64,000 bases of DNA from the human T2T-CHM13v2.0 reference genome, Homo sapiens: assembly GCF_009914755.1 (NCBI RefSeq), contig NC_060943.1; one strand, given 5' to 3'. Of the stretch, positions 52,701 to 64,000 are shown piece by piece. Made by a program: the position numbers and the translations under genes. The number at the start of each line of letters is the position of its first letter. The stretch's first letter is position 1. The notes under the pieces were generated by a model. It ran no database searches. It saw only the letters and a program-made list of their open reading frames with translations, and was not told the DNA's origin.

Positions 52701-55700
52701 ATAGGAAATATCTTCCTATAGAAACTAGACAGAATGATTCTGAGAAATCCTTTGTGATGTGTGCGTTCAACTCACAGAGTTTAACCTTTCTTTTCATAGA
52801 GCAGTTAGGAAACACTCTGTTTGTAAAGTCTGCAAGTGGATATTCAGACCTCCTTGAGGCCTTCGTTGGAAAAGGGATTTCTTCATATTATGCTAGACAG
52901 AGGAATTCTCAGTAACTTCCTTGTGTTGTGTGTATTCAACTCACAGAGTTGAACGATCCTTTACACAGAGCAGACTTGAAACACTCTTTTTGTGGAATTT
53001 GCAAGTGGAGATTTCAGCCGCTTTGAGTTCAATGGTAGAATAGGAAATATCTTCCTATAGAAACTACACAGAATGATTCTCAGAAACTGCTTTGTGATGT
53101 GTGCGTTCAACTCACAGAGTTCAACCTTTCTTTTCATAGAGCAGTTGGGAAACACTCTGTTTGTAAAGTCTGCAAGTGGATATTCAGACTTCTTTGAGGC
53201 CTTCGTTGGAAGCGGGATTTCTTCTTATTCTGCTAGACAGAAGAATTCTCAGTAACTTCCTTGTGTTGTGTGTATTCAACTCACAGAGTTGAACGATCCT
53301 TTACACGGAGCAGACTTGAAACACTCTTTTTGTGGAATTTGCAAGTGGAGATTTCAGCCGCTTTGAGGTCAATGGTAGAATAGGAAATATCTTCCTATAG
53401 AAACTAGACAGAATGATTCTCAGAAACTCCTTTGTGATGTGTGCGTTCAACTCAGAGAGTTCAACCTTTCTTTTCATAGAGCAGTTGGGAAACACTCTGT
53501 TTGTAAAGTCTGCAAGTGGATATTCAGACTTCTTTGAGGCCTTCGTTGAAAGCGGGATTTCTTCATATTCTGCTAGACAGAAGAATTCTCAGTAACTTCC
53601 TTGTGTTGTGTGTATTCAACTCACAGAGTTGAACGATCCTTTACACAGAGCAGACTTGAAACACTCTTTTTGTGGAATTTGCAAGTGGAGATTTCAGCCG
53701 CTTTGAGGTCAATGGTAGAATAGGAAATATCTTCCTATAGAAACTAGACAGAATGATTCTGAGAAACTCCTTTGTGATGTGTGCGTTCAACTCACAGAGT
53801 TTAACCTTTCTTTTCATAGAGCAGTTAGGAAACACTCTGTTTGTAAAGTCTGCAAGTGGATATTCAGACATCTTTGAGGCCTTCGTTGGAAACGGGATTT
53901 CTTCATGTTCTGCTAGACAAAAGAATTCTCAGAAACTTCCTTGTGTTGTGTGTTTTCAACTCACAGAGTTGAACGACGCTTTACACAGAGTAGACTTGAA
54001 ACACTCTTTTTGTGTAATTTGCAAGTGGAGATTTCAGCCGCTTTGAGGTCAATGGTAGAAAAGGAAATATCTTCGTATAAAAACTAGACAGAATGATTCT
54101 CAGAAACTCCTTTGTGATGTGTGCGTTCAACTCACAGAGTTTAACCTTTCTTTTCATAGAGCAGTTAGGAAACACTCTGTTTGTAAAGTCTGCAAGTGGA
54201 TATTCAGAGCTCCTTGAGGCATTCGTTGGAAACGGGATTTCTTCATATTCTGCTAGACAGAAGAATTCTCAGTAACTTCCTTGTGTTGTGTGTATTCAAC
54301 TCACAGAGTTGAACGATCCTTTACACAGAGCAGACTTGAAACACTCTTTTTGTGGAATTTGCAAGTGGAGATTTCAGCCGCTTTGAGTTCAATGGTAGAA
54401 TAGGAAATATCTTCCTATAGAAACTAGACAGAATGATTCTCAGAAACTCCTTTGTGATGTGTGCGTTCAACTCACAGAGTTCAACATTTCTTTTCATAGA
54501 GCAGTTGGGAAACACTCTGTTTGTAAATTCTGCAAGTGGATATTCAGACTTCTTTGAGGCCTTCGTTGGAAGCGGGATTTCTTCATATTCTGCTAGACAG
54601 AAGAATTCTCAGTAACTGCCTTGTGTTGTGTGTATTCAACTCACAGAGTTGAACGATCCTTTACACAGAGCAGACTTGAAACACTCTTTTTGTGGAATTT
54701 GCAAGTGGAGATTTCAGCCGCTTTGAGGTCAATGGTAGAATAGGAAATATCTTCCTATAGAAACTAGACAGAATGATTCTCAGAAACTCCTTTGTGATGT
54801 GTGCATTCAACTCACAGAGTTCAACCTTTCTTTTCATAGAGCAGTTGGGAAACACTCTGTTTGTAAAGTCTGCAAGTGGATATTCAGACTTCTTTGAGGC
54901 CTTCGTTGAAAGCGGGATTTCTTCATATTCTGCTAGACAGAAGAATTCTCAGTAACTTCCTTTTGTTGTGTGTATTCAACTCACAGAGTTGAACGATCCT
55001 TTACACAGAGCAGACTTGAAACACTCTTTTTGTGGAATTTGCAAGTGGAGATTTCAGCCGCTTTGAGGTCAATGGTAGAATAGGAAATATCTTCCTATAG
55101 AAACTAGACAGAATGATTCTCAGAAACTCCTTTGTGATGTGTGCGTTCAACTCACAGAGTTTAACCTTTCTTTTCATAGAGCAGTTAGGAAACACTCTGT
55201 TTGTAAAGTCTGCAAGTGGATATTCAGACATCCTTGAGGCTTTCGTTGGAAACGGGATTTCTTCATATTCTGCTAGAAAGAAGAATTCTCAGTAACTTCC
55301 TTGTGTTGTGTGTATTCAACTCACAGAGTTGAACGATCCTATACACAGAGCAGACTTGAAACACTCTTTTTGTGGAATTTGCAAGTGGAGATTTCAGCCG
55401 CTTTGAGGTCAATGGTAGAATAGGAAATATCTTCCTATAGAAACTAGACAGAATGATTCTCAGAAACTCCTTTGTGATGTGTGCGTTCAACTCACAGAGT
55501 TTAACCTTTCTTTTCATAGAGCAGTTAGGAAACACTCTGTTTGTAAAGTCTGCAAGTGGATATTCAGACATCTTTGAGGCCTTCGTTGGAAACGGGATTT
55601 CTTCATGTTCTGCTAGACAGAAGAATTCTCAGAAACTTCCTTGTGTTGTGTGTTTTCAACTCACAGAGTTGAACGACGCTTTACACAGAGTAGACTTGAA

Positions 55701-56680
55701 ACACTCTTTTTGTGTAATTTGCAAGTGGAGATTCCAGCCGCTCTGAGGTCAATGGTAGAAAAGGAAATATCTTCGTATAAAAACTAGACAGAATGATTCT
55801 CAGAAACTCCTTTGTGATGTGTGCGTTCAACTCACAGAGTTTAACCTTTCTTTTCATAGAGCTGTTAGGAAACACTCTGTTTGTAAAGTCTGCAAGTGGA
55901 TATTCAGAACTCTTTGAGGCCTTCGTTGGAAACGGGATTTCTTCTTATTCTGCTAGAGAGAAGAATTCTCAGTAACTTCATTGTGTTGTGTGTATTCAAC
56001 TCACAGATTTCAACGATCCTTTACACAGAGCAGACTTGAAACACTCTTTTTCTGGAATTTGCAAGTGGAGATTTCAGCCGCTTTGAGGTCAATGGTAGAA
56101 TAGGAAATATCTTCCTATAGAAACTAGACAGAATGATTCTCAGAAACTCCTTTGTGATGTGTGCGTTCAACTCACAGAGTTTAACCTTTCTTTTCATAGA
56201 GCAGTTAGGAAACACTCTGTTTGTAAAGTCTGCAAGTGGATATTCAGACCTCATTGAGGCCTTCGTTGGAAACGGGATTTCTACATATTATGCTAGACAG
56301 AAGAATTCTCAGTAACTTCCTTGTGTTGTGTGTATTCAACTCACAGAGTTGAATGATCCTTTACACAGAGCAGACTTGAAACACTCTTTTTGTGGAATTT
56401 GCAAGTGGAGATTTCAGCCGCTTTGAGTTCAATGGTAGAATAGGAAATATCTTCCTATAGAAACTAGACAGAACGATTCTCAGAAACTCCTTTGTGATGT
56501 GTGCATTCAACTCACAGAGTTCAACCTTTCTTTTCATAGAGCAGTTGGGAAACACTCTGTTTGTAAAGTCTGCAAGTGGATATTCAGACTTCTTTGAGGC
56601 CTTCGTTGGAAGCGGGATTTCTTCATATTCTGCTAGACAGAAGAATTCTCAGTAACTTCCTTGTGTTGTGTGTATTCAAC
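40490..56680 (+). repeat. Older segmental copy pair ~40.5-44.1 kb and ~52.7-56.7 kb (offsets 12237 then 12577)
   Basis: Shared 1-bp deletion CTGAGAAA^TCC, CAGAGGAATT, AAACTGCTTT and CTTCTTATT at +12237. GTAAATTCTG, CCTTTTGTT, CCTATACAC, CTCTGAGG, GAACTCTTT, TCATTGTG, CCTCATTG and CTACATA at +12577. Confidence 0.8.
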
Positions 56681-59600
56681 TCACAGAGTTGAACGATCCT
56701 TTACACAGAGCAGACTTGAAACACTCTTTTTGTGGAATTTGCAAGTGGAGATTTCAGCCGCTTTGAGGTCAATGGTAGAATAGGAAATATCTTCCTATAG
56801 AAACTAGACAGAATGATTCTCAGAAACTCCTTTGTGATGTGTGCGTTCAACTCACAGAGTTCAACCTTTCTTTTCATAGAGCAGTTGGGAAACACTCTGT
56901 TTGTAAAGTCTGCAAGTGGATATTCAGACTTCTTTGAGGCCTTCGTTGGAAGCGGGATTTCTTCATGTTCTGCTAGACAGAAGAATTCTCAGAAACTTCC
57001 TTGTGTTGTGTGTTTTCAACTCACAGAGTTGAACGATCCTTTACACAGAGCAGACTTGAAACACTCCTTTTGAGGAATTTGCAAGTGGAGATTTCAGCCG
57101 CTTTGAGGTCAATGGTAGAATAGGAAATATCTTCCTATAGAAACTAGACAGAATGATTCTCAGAAACTCCTTTGTGATGTGTGCGTTCAACTCACAGAGT
57201 TTAACCTTTCTTTTCATAGAGCAGTTAGGAAACACTCTGTTTGTAAAGTCTGCAAGTGGATATTCAGACCTACTTGAGGCCTTCGTTGGAAACGGGATTT
57301 CTTCATATTATGCTAGACAGAGGAATTCTCAGTAACTTCCTTGTGTTGTGTGTATTCAACTCACAGAGTTGAACGATCCTTTACACAGAGCAGACTTGAA
57401 ACACTCTTTTTGTGGAATTTGCAAGTGGAGATTTCAGCCGCTTTGATTTCAATGGTAGAATAGGAAATATCTTCCTATAGAAACTACACAGAATGATCCT
57501 CAGAAACTCCTTTGTGATGTGTGCGTTCAACTCACAGAGTTCAACCTTTCTTTTCATAGAGCAGTTGGGAAACACTCTGTTTGTAAAGTCTGCAAGTGGA
57601 TATTCAGACTTCTTTGAGGCCTTCGTTGGAAGCGGGATTTCTTCATATTCTGCTAGACAGAAGAATTCTCAGTAACTTCCTTGTGTTGTGTGTATTCAAC
57701 TCACAGAGTTGAACGATCCTTTACACAGAGCAGACTTGAAACACTCTTTTTGTGGAATTTGCAAGTGGAGATTTCAGCCGCTTTGAGGTCAATGGTAGAA
57801 TAGGAAATATCTTCCTATAGAAACTAGACAGAATGATTCTCAGAAACTCCTTTGTGATGTGTGCGTTCAACTCACAGAGTTTAACCTTTCTTTTCATAGA
57901 GCAGTTAGGAAACACTCTGTTTGTAAAGTCTGCAAGTGGATATTCAGATATCCTTGAGGCTTTCGTTGGAAACGGGATTTCTTCATATTCTGCTAGAAAG
58001 AAGAATTCTCAGTAACTTCCTTGTGTTGTGTGTATTCAACTCACAGAGTTGAACGATTCTTTACACACAGCAGACTTGAAACACTCTTTTTGTGGAATTT
58101 GCAAGTGGAGATTTCAGCCGCTTTCAGGTCAATGGTAGAATAGGAAATATCTTCCTATAGAAACTAGACAGAATGATTCTCAGAAACTCCTTTGTGATGT
58201 GTGCGTTGAACTCACAGAGTTTAACCTTTCTTTTCATAGAGCAGTTAGGAAACACTCTGTTTGTAAAGTCTGCAAGTGGATATTCCAACCTCCTTGAGGC
58301 CTTCGTTGGAAACGGGATTTCTTCATATTATGCTAGACAGAAGAATTCTCAGTAACTTCCTTGTGTTGTGTGTATTCAACTCACAGAGTTGAACGATCCT
58401 TTACACAGAGCAGACTTGAAACACTCTTTTTGTGGAATTTGCAAGTGGAGATTTCAGCCGCTTTGAGTTCAATGGTAGAATAGGAAATATCTTCCTATAG
58501 AAACTAGACAGAATGATTCTCAGAAACTCCTTTGTGATGTGTGCGTTCAACTCACAGAGTTCAAACTTTCTTTTCATAGAGCAGTTGGGAAACACTCTGT
58601 TTGTAAAGTCTGCAAGTGGATATTCAGACTTCTTTGAAGCCTTCGTTGGAAGTGGGATTTCTTCATGTTCTGCTAGACAGAAGAATTCTCAGAAACTTCC
58701 TTGTGTTGTGTGTTTTCAACTCACAGAGTTGAACGATCCTTTACACAGAGCAGACTTGAACCACTCCTTTTGTGGAATTTGCAAGTGGAGATTTCAGCCG
58801 CTTTGAGGTCAATGGTAGAATAGGAAATATCTTCCTATAGAAACTAGACAGAATGATTCTCAGAAACTCCTTTGTGATGTGTGCGTTCAACTCACAGAGT
58901 TTAACCTTTCTTTTCATAGAGCAGTTAGGAAACACTCTGTTTGTAAAGTCTGCAAGTGGATATTCAGACATCCTTGAGGCCTTCATTGGAAACAGGATTT
59001 CTTCATATTCTGCTAGACAGAAGAATTCTCAGTAACTTCCTTGTGTTGTGTGTATTCAACTCACAGAGTTGAACGATCCTTTACACAGAGCAGACTTGAA
59101 ACACTCTTTTTGTGGAATTTGCAAGTGGAGATTTCAGCCGCTTTGAGGTCAATGGTAGAATAGGAAATATCTTCCTATAGAAAGTAGACAGAATGATTCT
59201 CAGAAACTCCTTTGTGATGTGTGCGTTCAACTCACAGAGTTCAACCTTTCTTTTCATAGAGCAGTTGGGAAACACTCTGTTTGTAAAGTCTGCAAGTGGA
59301 TATTCAGACTTCTTTGAGGCCTTCGTTGGAAGCGGGATTTCTTCATGTTCTGCTAGACAGAAGAATTCTCAGAAACTTCCTTGTGTTGTGTGTTTTCAAC
59401 TCACAGAGTTGAACGATCCTTTACACAGAGCAGACTTGAAACACTCCTTTTGTGGAATTTGCAAGTGGAGATTTCAGCCGCTTTGAGGTCAATGGTAGAA
59501 TAGGAAATATCTTCCTATAAAAACTAGACAGAATGATTCTCAGAAACTCCTTTGTGATGTGTGCGTTCAACTCACAGAGTTTAACCTTTCTTTTCATAGA

Positions 59601-62600
59601 GCAGTTAGGAAACACTCTGTTTGTAAAGTCTGCAAGTGGATATTCAGACATCCTTGAGGCTTTCGTTGGAAACGGGATTTCTTCATATTCTGCTAGAAAG
59701 AAGAATTCTCAGTAACTTCCTTGTGTTGTGTGTATTCAACTCACAGAGTTGAACGATCCTTTACACAGAGCAGACTTGAAACACTCTTTTTGTGGAATTT
59801 GCAAATGGAGATTTCAGCCGCTTTGAGGTCAATGGTAGAATAGGAAATATCTTCCTATAGAAACTAGACAGAATGATTCTCAGAAACTCCTTTGTGATGT
59901 GTGCGTTCAACTCACAGAGTTTAACCTTTCTTTTCATAGAGCAGTTAGGAAACACTCTGTTTGTAAAGTCTGCAAGTGGATATTCAGACATCTTTGAGGC
60001 CTTCGTTGGAAACGGGATTTCTTCATGTTCTGCTAGACAGAAGAATTCTCAGAAACTTCCTTGTGTTGTGTGTTTTCAACTCACAGAGTTGAACGATGCT
60101 TTACACAGAGTAGACTTGAAACACTCTTTTTGTGTAATTTGCAAGTGGAGATTTCAGCCGCTTTGAGGTCAATGGTAGAAAAGGAAATATCTTCGTATAA
60201 AAACTAGACAGAATGATTCTCAGAAACTCCTTTGTGATGTGTGAGTTCAACTCACAGAGTTTAACCTTTCTTTTCATAGAGCAGTTAGGAAACACTCTGT
60301 TTGTAAAGTCTGCAAGTGGATATTCAGACCTCCTTGAGGCCTTCGTTGGAAACGGGATTTCTTCATATTTTGCTAGACAGAAGAATTCTCAGTAACTTCC
60401 TTGTGTTGTGTGTATTCAACTCACGGAGTTGAACGATCCTTTACAAAGAGCAGACTTGAAACACTCTTTTTGTGGAATTTGCAAGTGGAGATTTCAGCCG
60501 TTTGAGTTCTATGGTAGAATAGGAAATATCTTCCTATAGAAACTACACAGAATGATTCTCAGAAACTCCTTTGTGATGTGTGCGTTCAACTCACAGAGTT
60601 CAACCTTTCTTTTCATAGAGCAGTTGGGAAACACTCTGTTTGTAAAGTCTGCAAGTGGATATTCAGACTTCTTTGAGGCCTTCGTTGGAAGCGGGATTTC
60701 TTCATATTCTGCTAGACAGAAGAATTCTCAGTAACTTCCTTGTGTTGTGTGTATTCAACTCACAGAGTTGAACGATCCTTTACACAGAGCAGACTTGAAA
60801 CACTCTTTTTGTGGAATTTGCAAGTGGAGATTTCAGCCGCTTTCAGGTCAATGGTAGAATAGGAAATATCTTCCTATAGAAACTAGACAGAATGATTCTC
60901 AGAAACTCCTTTGTGATGTGTGCGTTCAACTCACAGAGTTTAACCTTTCTTTTCATAGAGCAGTTAGGAAACACTCTGTTTGTAAAGTCTGCAAGTGGAT
61001 ATTCAGACCTCCTTAAGGCCTTCGTTGGAAACGGGATTTCTTCATATTATGCTAGACAGAAGAATTCTCAGTAACTTCCTTGTGTTGTGTGTATTCAACT
61101 CACAGAGTTGAACGATCCTTTACACAGAGCAGACTTGAAACACTCTTTTTGTGGAATTTGCAAGTGGAGATTTCAGCCACTTTGAGTTCAATGGTAGAAT
61201 AGGAAATATCTTCCTATAGAAACTAGACAGAATGATTCTCAGAAACTCCTTTGTGATGTGTGCGTTCAACTCACAGAGTTCAACCTTTCTTTTCATAGAG
61301 CAGTTGGGAAACACTCTGTTTGTAAAGTCTGCAAGTGGATATTCAGACTTCTTTGAGGCCTTCGTTGGAAGCGGGATTTCTTCATGTTCTGCTAGACAGA
61401 AGAATTCTCAGAAACTTCCTTGTGTTGTGTGTTTTCAACTCACAGAGTTGAACGATCCTTTACACAGAGCAGACTTGAAACACTCCTTTTGTGGAATTTG
61501 CAAGTGGAGATTTCAGCCGCTTTGAGGTCAATGGTAGAATAGGAAATATCTTCCTATAGAAAGTAGACAGAATGATTCTCAGAAACTCCTTTGTGATGTG
61601 TGCGTTCAACTCACAGAGTTTAACCTTTCTTTTCATAGAGCAGTTAGGAAACACTCTGTTTGTAAAGTCTGCAAGTGGATATTCAGACCTCCTTGAGGCC
61701 TTCGTTGGAAACAGGATTTCTTCATATTCTGCTAGACAGAAGAATTCTCAGTAACTTCCTTGTGTTGTGTGTATTCAACTCACAGAGTTGAACGATCCTT
61801 TACACAGAGCAGACTTGAAACACTCTTTTTGTGGAATTTGCAAGTGGAGATTTCAGCCGCTTTGAGTTCAATGGTAGAATAGGAAATATCTTCCTATAGA
61901 AACTAGACAGAATGATTCTCAGAAACTCCTTTGTGATGTGTGCGTTCAACTCACAGAGTTCAACCTTTCTTTTCATAGAGCAGTTGGGAAACACTCTGTT
62001 TGAAAAGTCTGCAAGTGGATATTCAGACTTCTTTGAGGCCTTCGTTGGAAGCGGGATTTCTTCATGTTCTGCTAGACAGAAGAATTCTCAGAAACTTCCT
62101 TGTGTTGTGTGTTTTCAACTCACAGAGTTGAACGATCCTTTACACAGAGCAGACTTGAAACACTCCTTTTGTGGAATTTGCAAGTGGAGATTTCAGCCGC
62201 TTTGAGGTCAATGGTAGAATAGGAAATATCTTCCTATAGAAACTAGACAGAATGATTCTGAGAAATCCTTTGTGATGTGTGCGTTCAACTCACAGAGTTT
62301 AACCTTTCTTTTCATAGAGCAGTTAGGAAACACTCTGTTTGTAAAGTCTGCAAGTGGATATTCAGACCTCCTTGAGGCCTTCGTTGGAAACGGGATTTCT
62401 TCATATTATGCTAGACAGAGGAATTCTCAGTAACTTCCTTGTGTTGTGTGTATTCAACTCACAGAGTTGAACGATCCTTTACACAGAGCAGACTTGAAAC
62501 ACTCTTTTTGTGGAATTTGCAAGTGGAGATTTCAGCCGCTTTGAGTTCAATGGTAGAATAGGAAATATCTTCCTATAGAAACTACAGAGAATGATTCTCA

Positions 62601-64000
62601 GAAACTCCTTTGTGATGTGTGCGTTCAACTCACAGAGTTCAACCTTTCTTTTCATAGAGCAGTTGGGAAACACTCTGTTTGTAAAGTCTGCAAGTGGATA
62701 TTCAGACTTCTTTGAGGCCTTCGTTGGAAGCGGGATTTCTTCATATTCTGCTAGACAGAAGAATTCTCAGTAACTTCCTTGTGTTGTGTGTATTCAACTC
62801 ACAGAGTTGAACGATCCTTTACACAGAGCAGACTTGAAACACTCTTTTTGTGGAATTTGCAAGTGGAGATTTCAGCTGCTTTGAGGTCAATGGTAGAATA
62901 GGAAATATCTTCCTATAGAAACTAGACAGAATGATTCTCAGAAACTCCTTTGTGATGTGTGCGTTCAACTCACAGAGTTCAACCTTTCTTTTCATAGAGC
63001 AGTTAGGAAACACTCTGTTTGTAAAGTCTGCAAGTGGATATTCAGACTTCTTTGAGGCCTTCGTTGGAAGCGGGATTTCTTCATGTTCTGCTAGACAGAA
63101 GAATTCTCAGAAACTTCCTTGTGTTGTGTGTTTTCAACTCACAGAGTTGAACGATCCTTTACACAGAGCAGACTTGAAACACTCCTTTTGTGGAATTTGC
63201 AAGTGGAGATTTCAGCCGCTTTGAGGTCAATGGTAGAATAGGAAATATCTTCCTATAGAAAGTAGACAGAATGATTCTCAGAAACTCCTTTGTGATGTGT
63301 GCGTTCAACTCACAGAGTTTAACCTTTCTTTTCATAGAGCAGTTAGGAAACACTCTGTTTGTAAAGTCTGCAAGTGGATATTCAGACTTCCTTGAGGCCT
63401 TCGTTGGAAACAGGATTTCTTCATATTCTGCTAGACAGAAGAATTCTCAGTAACTTCCTTGTGTTGTGTGTATTCAACTCACAGAGTTGAACGATCCTTT
63501 ACACAGAGCAGACTTGAAACACTCTTTTTGTGGAATTTGCAAGTGGAGATTTCAGCCGCTTTGAGTTCAATGGTAGAATAGGAAATATCTTCCTATAGAA
63601 ACTAGACAGAATGATTCTCAGAAACTCCTTTGTGATGTGTGCGTTCAACTCACAGAGTTCAACCTTTCTTTTCATAGAGCAGTTGGGAAACACTCTGTTT
63701 GTAAAGTCTGCAAGTGGATATTCAGACTTCTTTGAGGCCTTCGTTGGAAGCGGGATTTCTTCATATTCTGCTAGACAGAAGAATTCTCAGTAACTGCCTT
63801 GTGTTGTGTGTATTCAACTCACAGAGTTGAACGATCCTTTACACAGAGCAGACTTGAAACACTCTTTTTGTGGAACTTGCAAGTGGAGATTTCAGCCGCT
63901 TTGAGGTCAATGGTAGAATAGGAAATATCTTAATATAGAAACTAGACAGAATGATTCTCAGAAACTCCTTTGTGATGTGTGCGTTCAACTCACAGAGTTT

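Larger units (their letters stand above)
1..64000 (+). repeat. Alpha-satellite centromeric array, SF1 (J1/J2) 340-bp dimer, ~188 dimers / ~376 monomers; probably the chr1/5/19 shared active HOR (D1Z7/D5Z2/D19Z3)
   Basis: Strict 340-bp period: ORF starts at 35, 375, 715 ... 63611 = 35+187x340-4. Alphoid consensus motifs (ATTCTCAGAAACT, TTCAACTCACAGAGTT, TTGAAACACTCTTTTTGT, TGCAAGTGGA). CENP-B box in every second monomer and one GAATTC per dimer. Alpha-satellite identity is essentially certain; the chr1/5/19 assignment is from recognition, not a search. Confidence 0.97.

Noticed and set aside
843-54917. Box variants at 843, 17163, 19883, 32464, 42664, 53541, 54221 and 54901 counted as dead CENP-B boxes
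   Set aside because: The changes fall outside the nine core positions (TTCG, A, CGGG), so these boxes were scored as intact.
35-63793. Hundreds of 60-102 aa ORFs on both strands (MILRNSFV..., MFPNCSMKRK...)
   Set aside because: They are translations of the satellite unit at a 340-bp period. Lengths change with single SNVs (TAA/AAA), both strands overlap, and there is no gene structure or recognisable domain.
1-64000. CRISPR-like or other repeat-spacer array
   Set aside because: There are no unique spacers: the entire unit is repeated, and no cas or other genes are present.
1-64000. Transposon insertion, inversion or non-satellite island
   Set aside because: The 340-bp phase is fully accounted for by seven 1-2 bp indels, and orientation never changes.
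1-64000. Assignment to a specific chromosome (1 vs 5 vs 19) or to the kinetochore site
   Set aside because: The dimer is shared among these arrays, so assignment needs k-mer comparison. Kinetochore position needs CENP-A and methylation data.
1-64000. Sequence is a simulated (Markov-model) centromere reference rather than a real assembly
   Set aside because: Multi-kilobase co-inheritance of rare SNVs and indels at exact offsets is not expected from short-memory models. Local misassembly of the identical duplicates still cannot be excluded.

Overview
The whole 64-kb window is one uninterrupted, single-orientation array of primate (human-type) centromeric alpha satellite. It holds about 188 copies of a 340-bp dimer: a 169-bp B-type monomer with a CENP-B box plus a 171-bp A-type monomer with the pJalpha-position motif, and one EcoRI site per dimer. 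This matches suprachromosomal family 1 (J1/J2), most likely the active dimeric array shared by chromosomes 1/5/19 (D1Z7/D5Z2/D19Z3); I cannot tell which chromosome. There are no genes, RNA genes, transposons, CRISPR arrays or inversions, and the ORF track is an artefact of the 340-bp period. I found no new coding system. The informative signal is in the variants: four recurring dimer subtypes, nested recent tandem duplications (7, 8, 11 dimers) with mappable breakpoints, older dispersed copies at 5.1-21.8 kb offsets, only 7 indels from 4 events, clustered CENP-B-box loss, a 3-substitution patch that creates TTAGGG, and built-in dyad symmetries. All counts were made by eye and need alignment to confirm.
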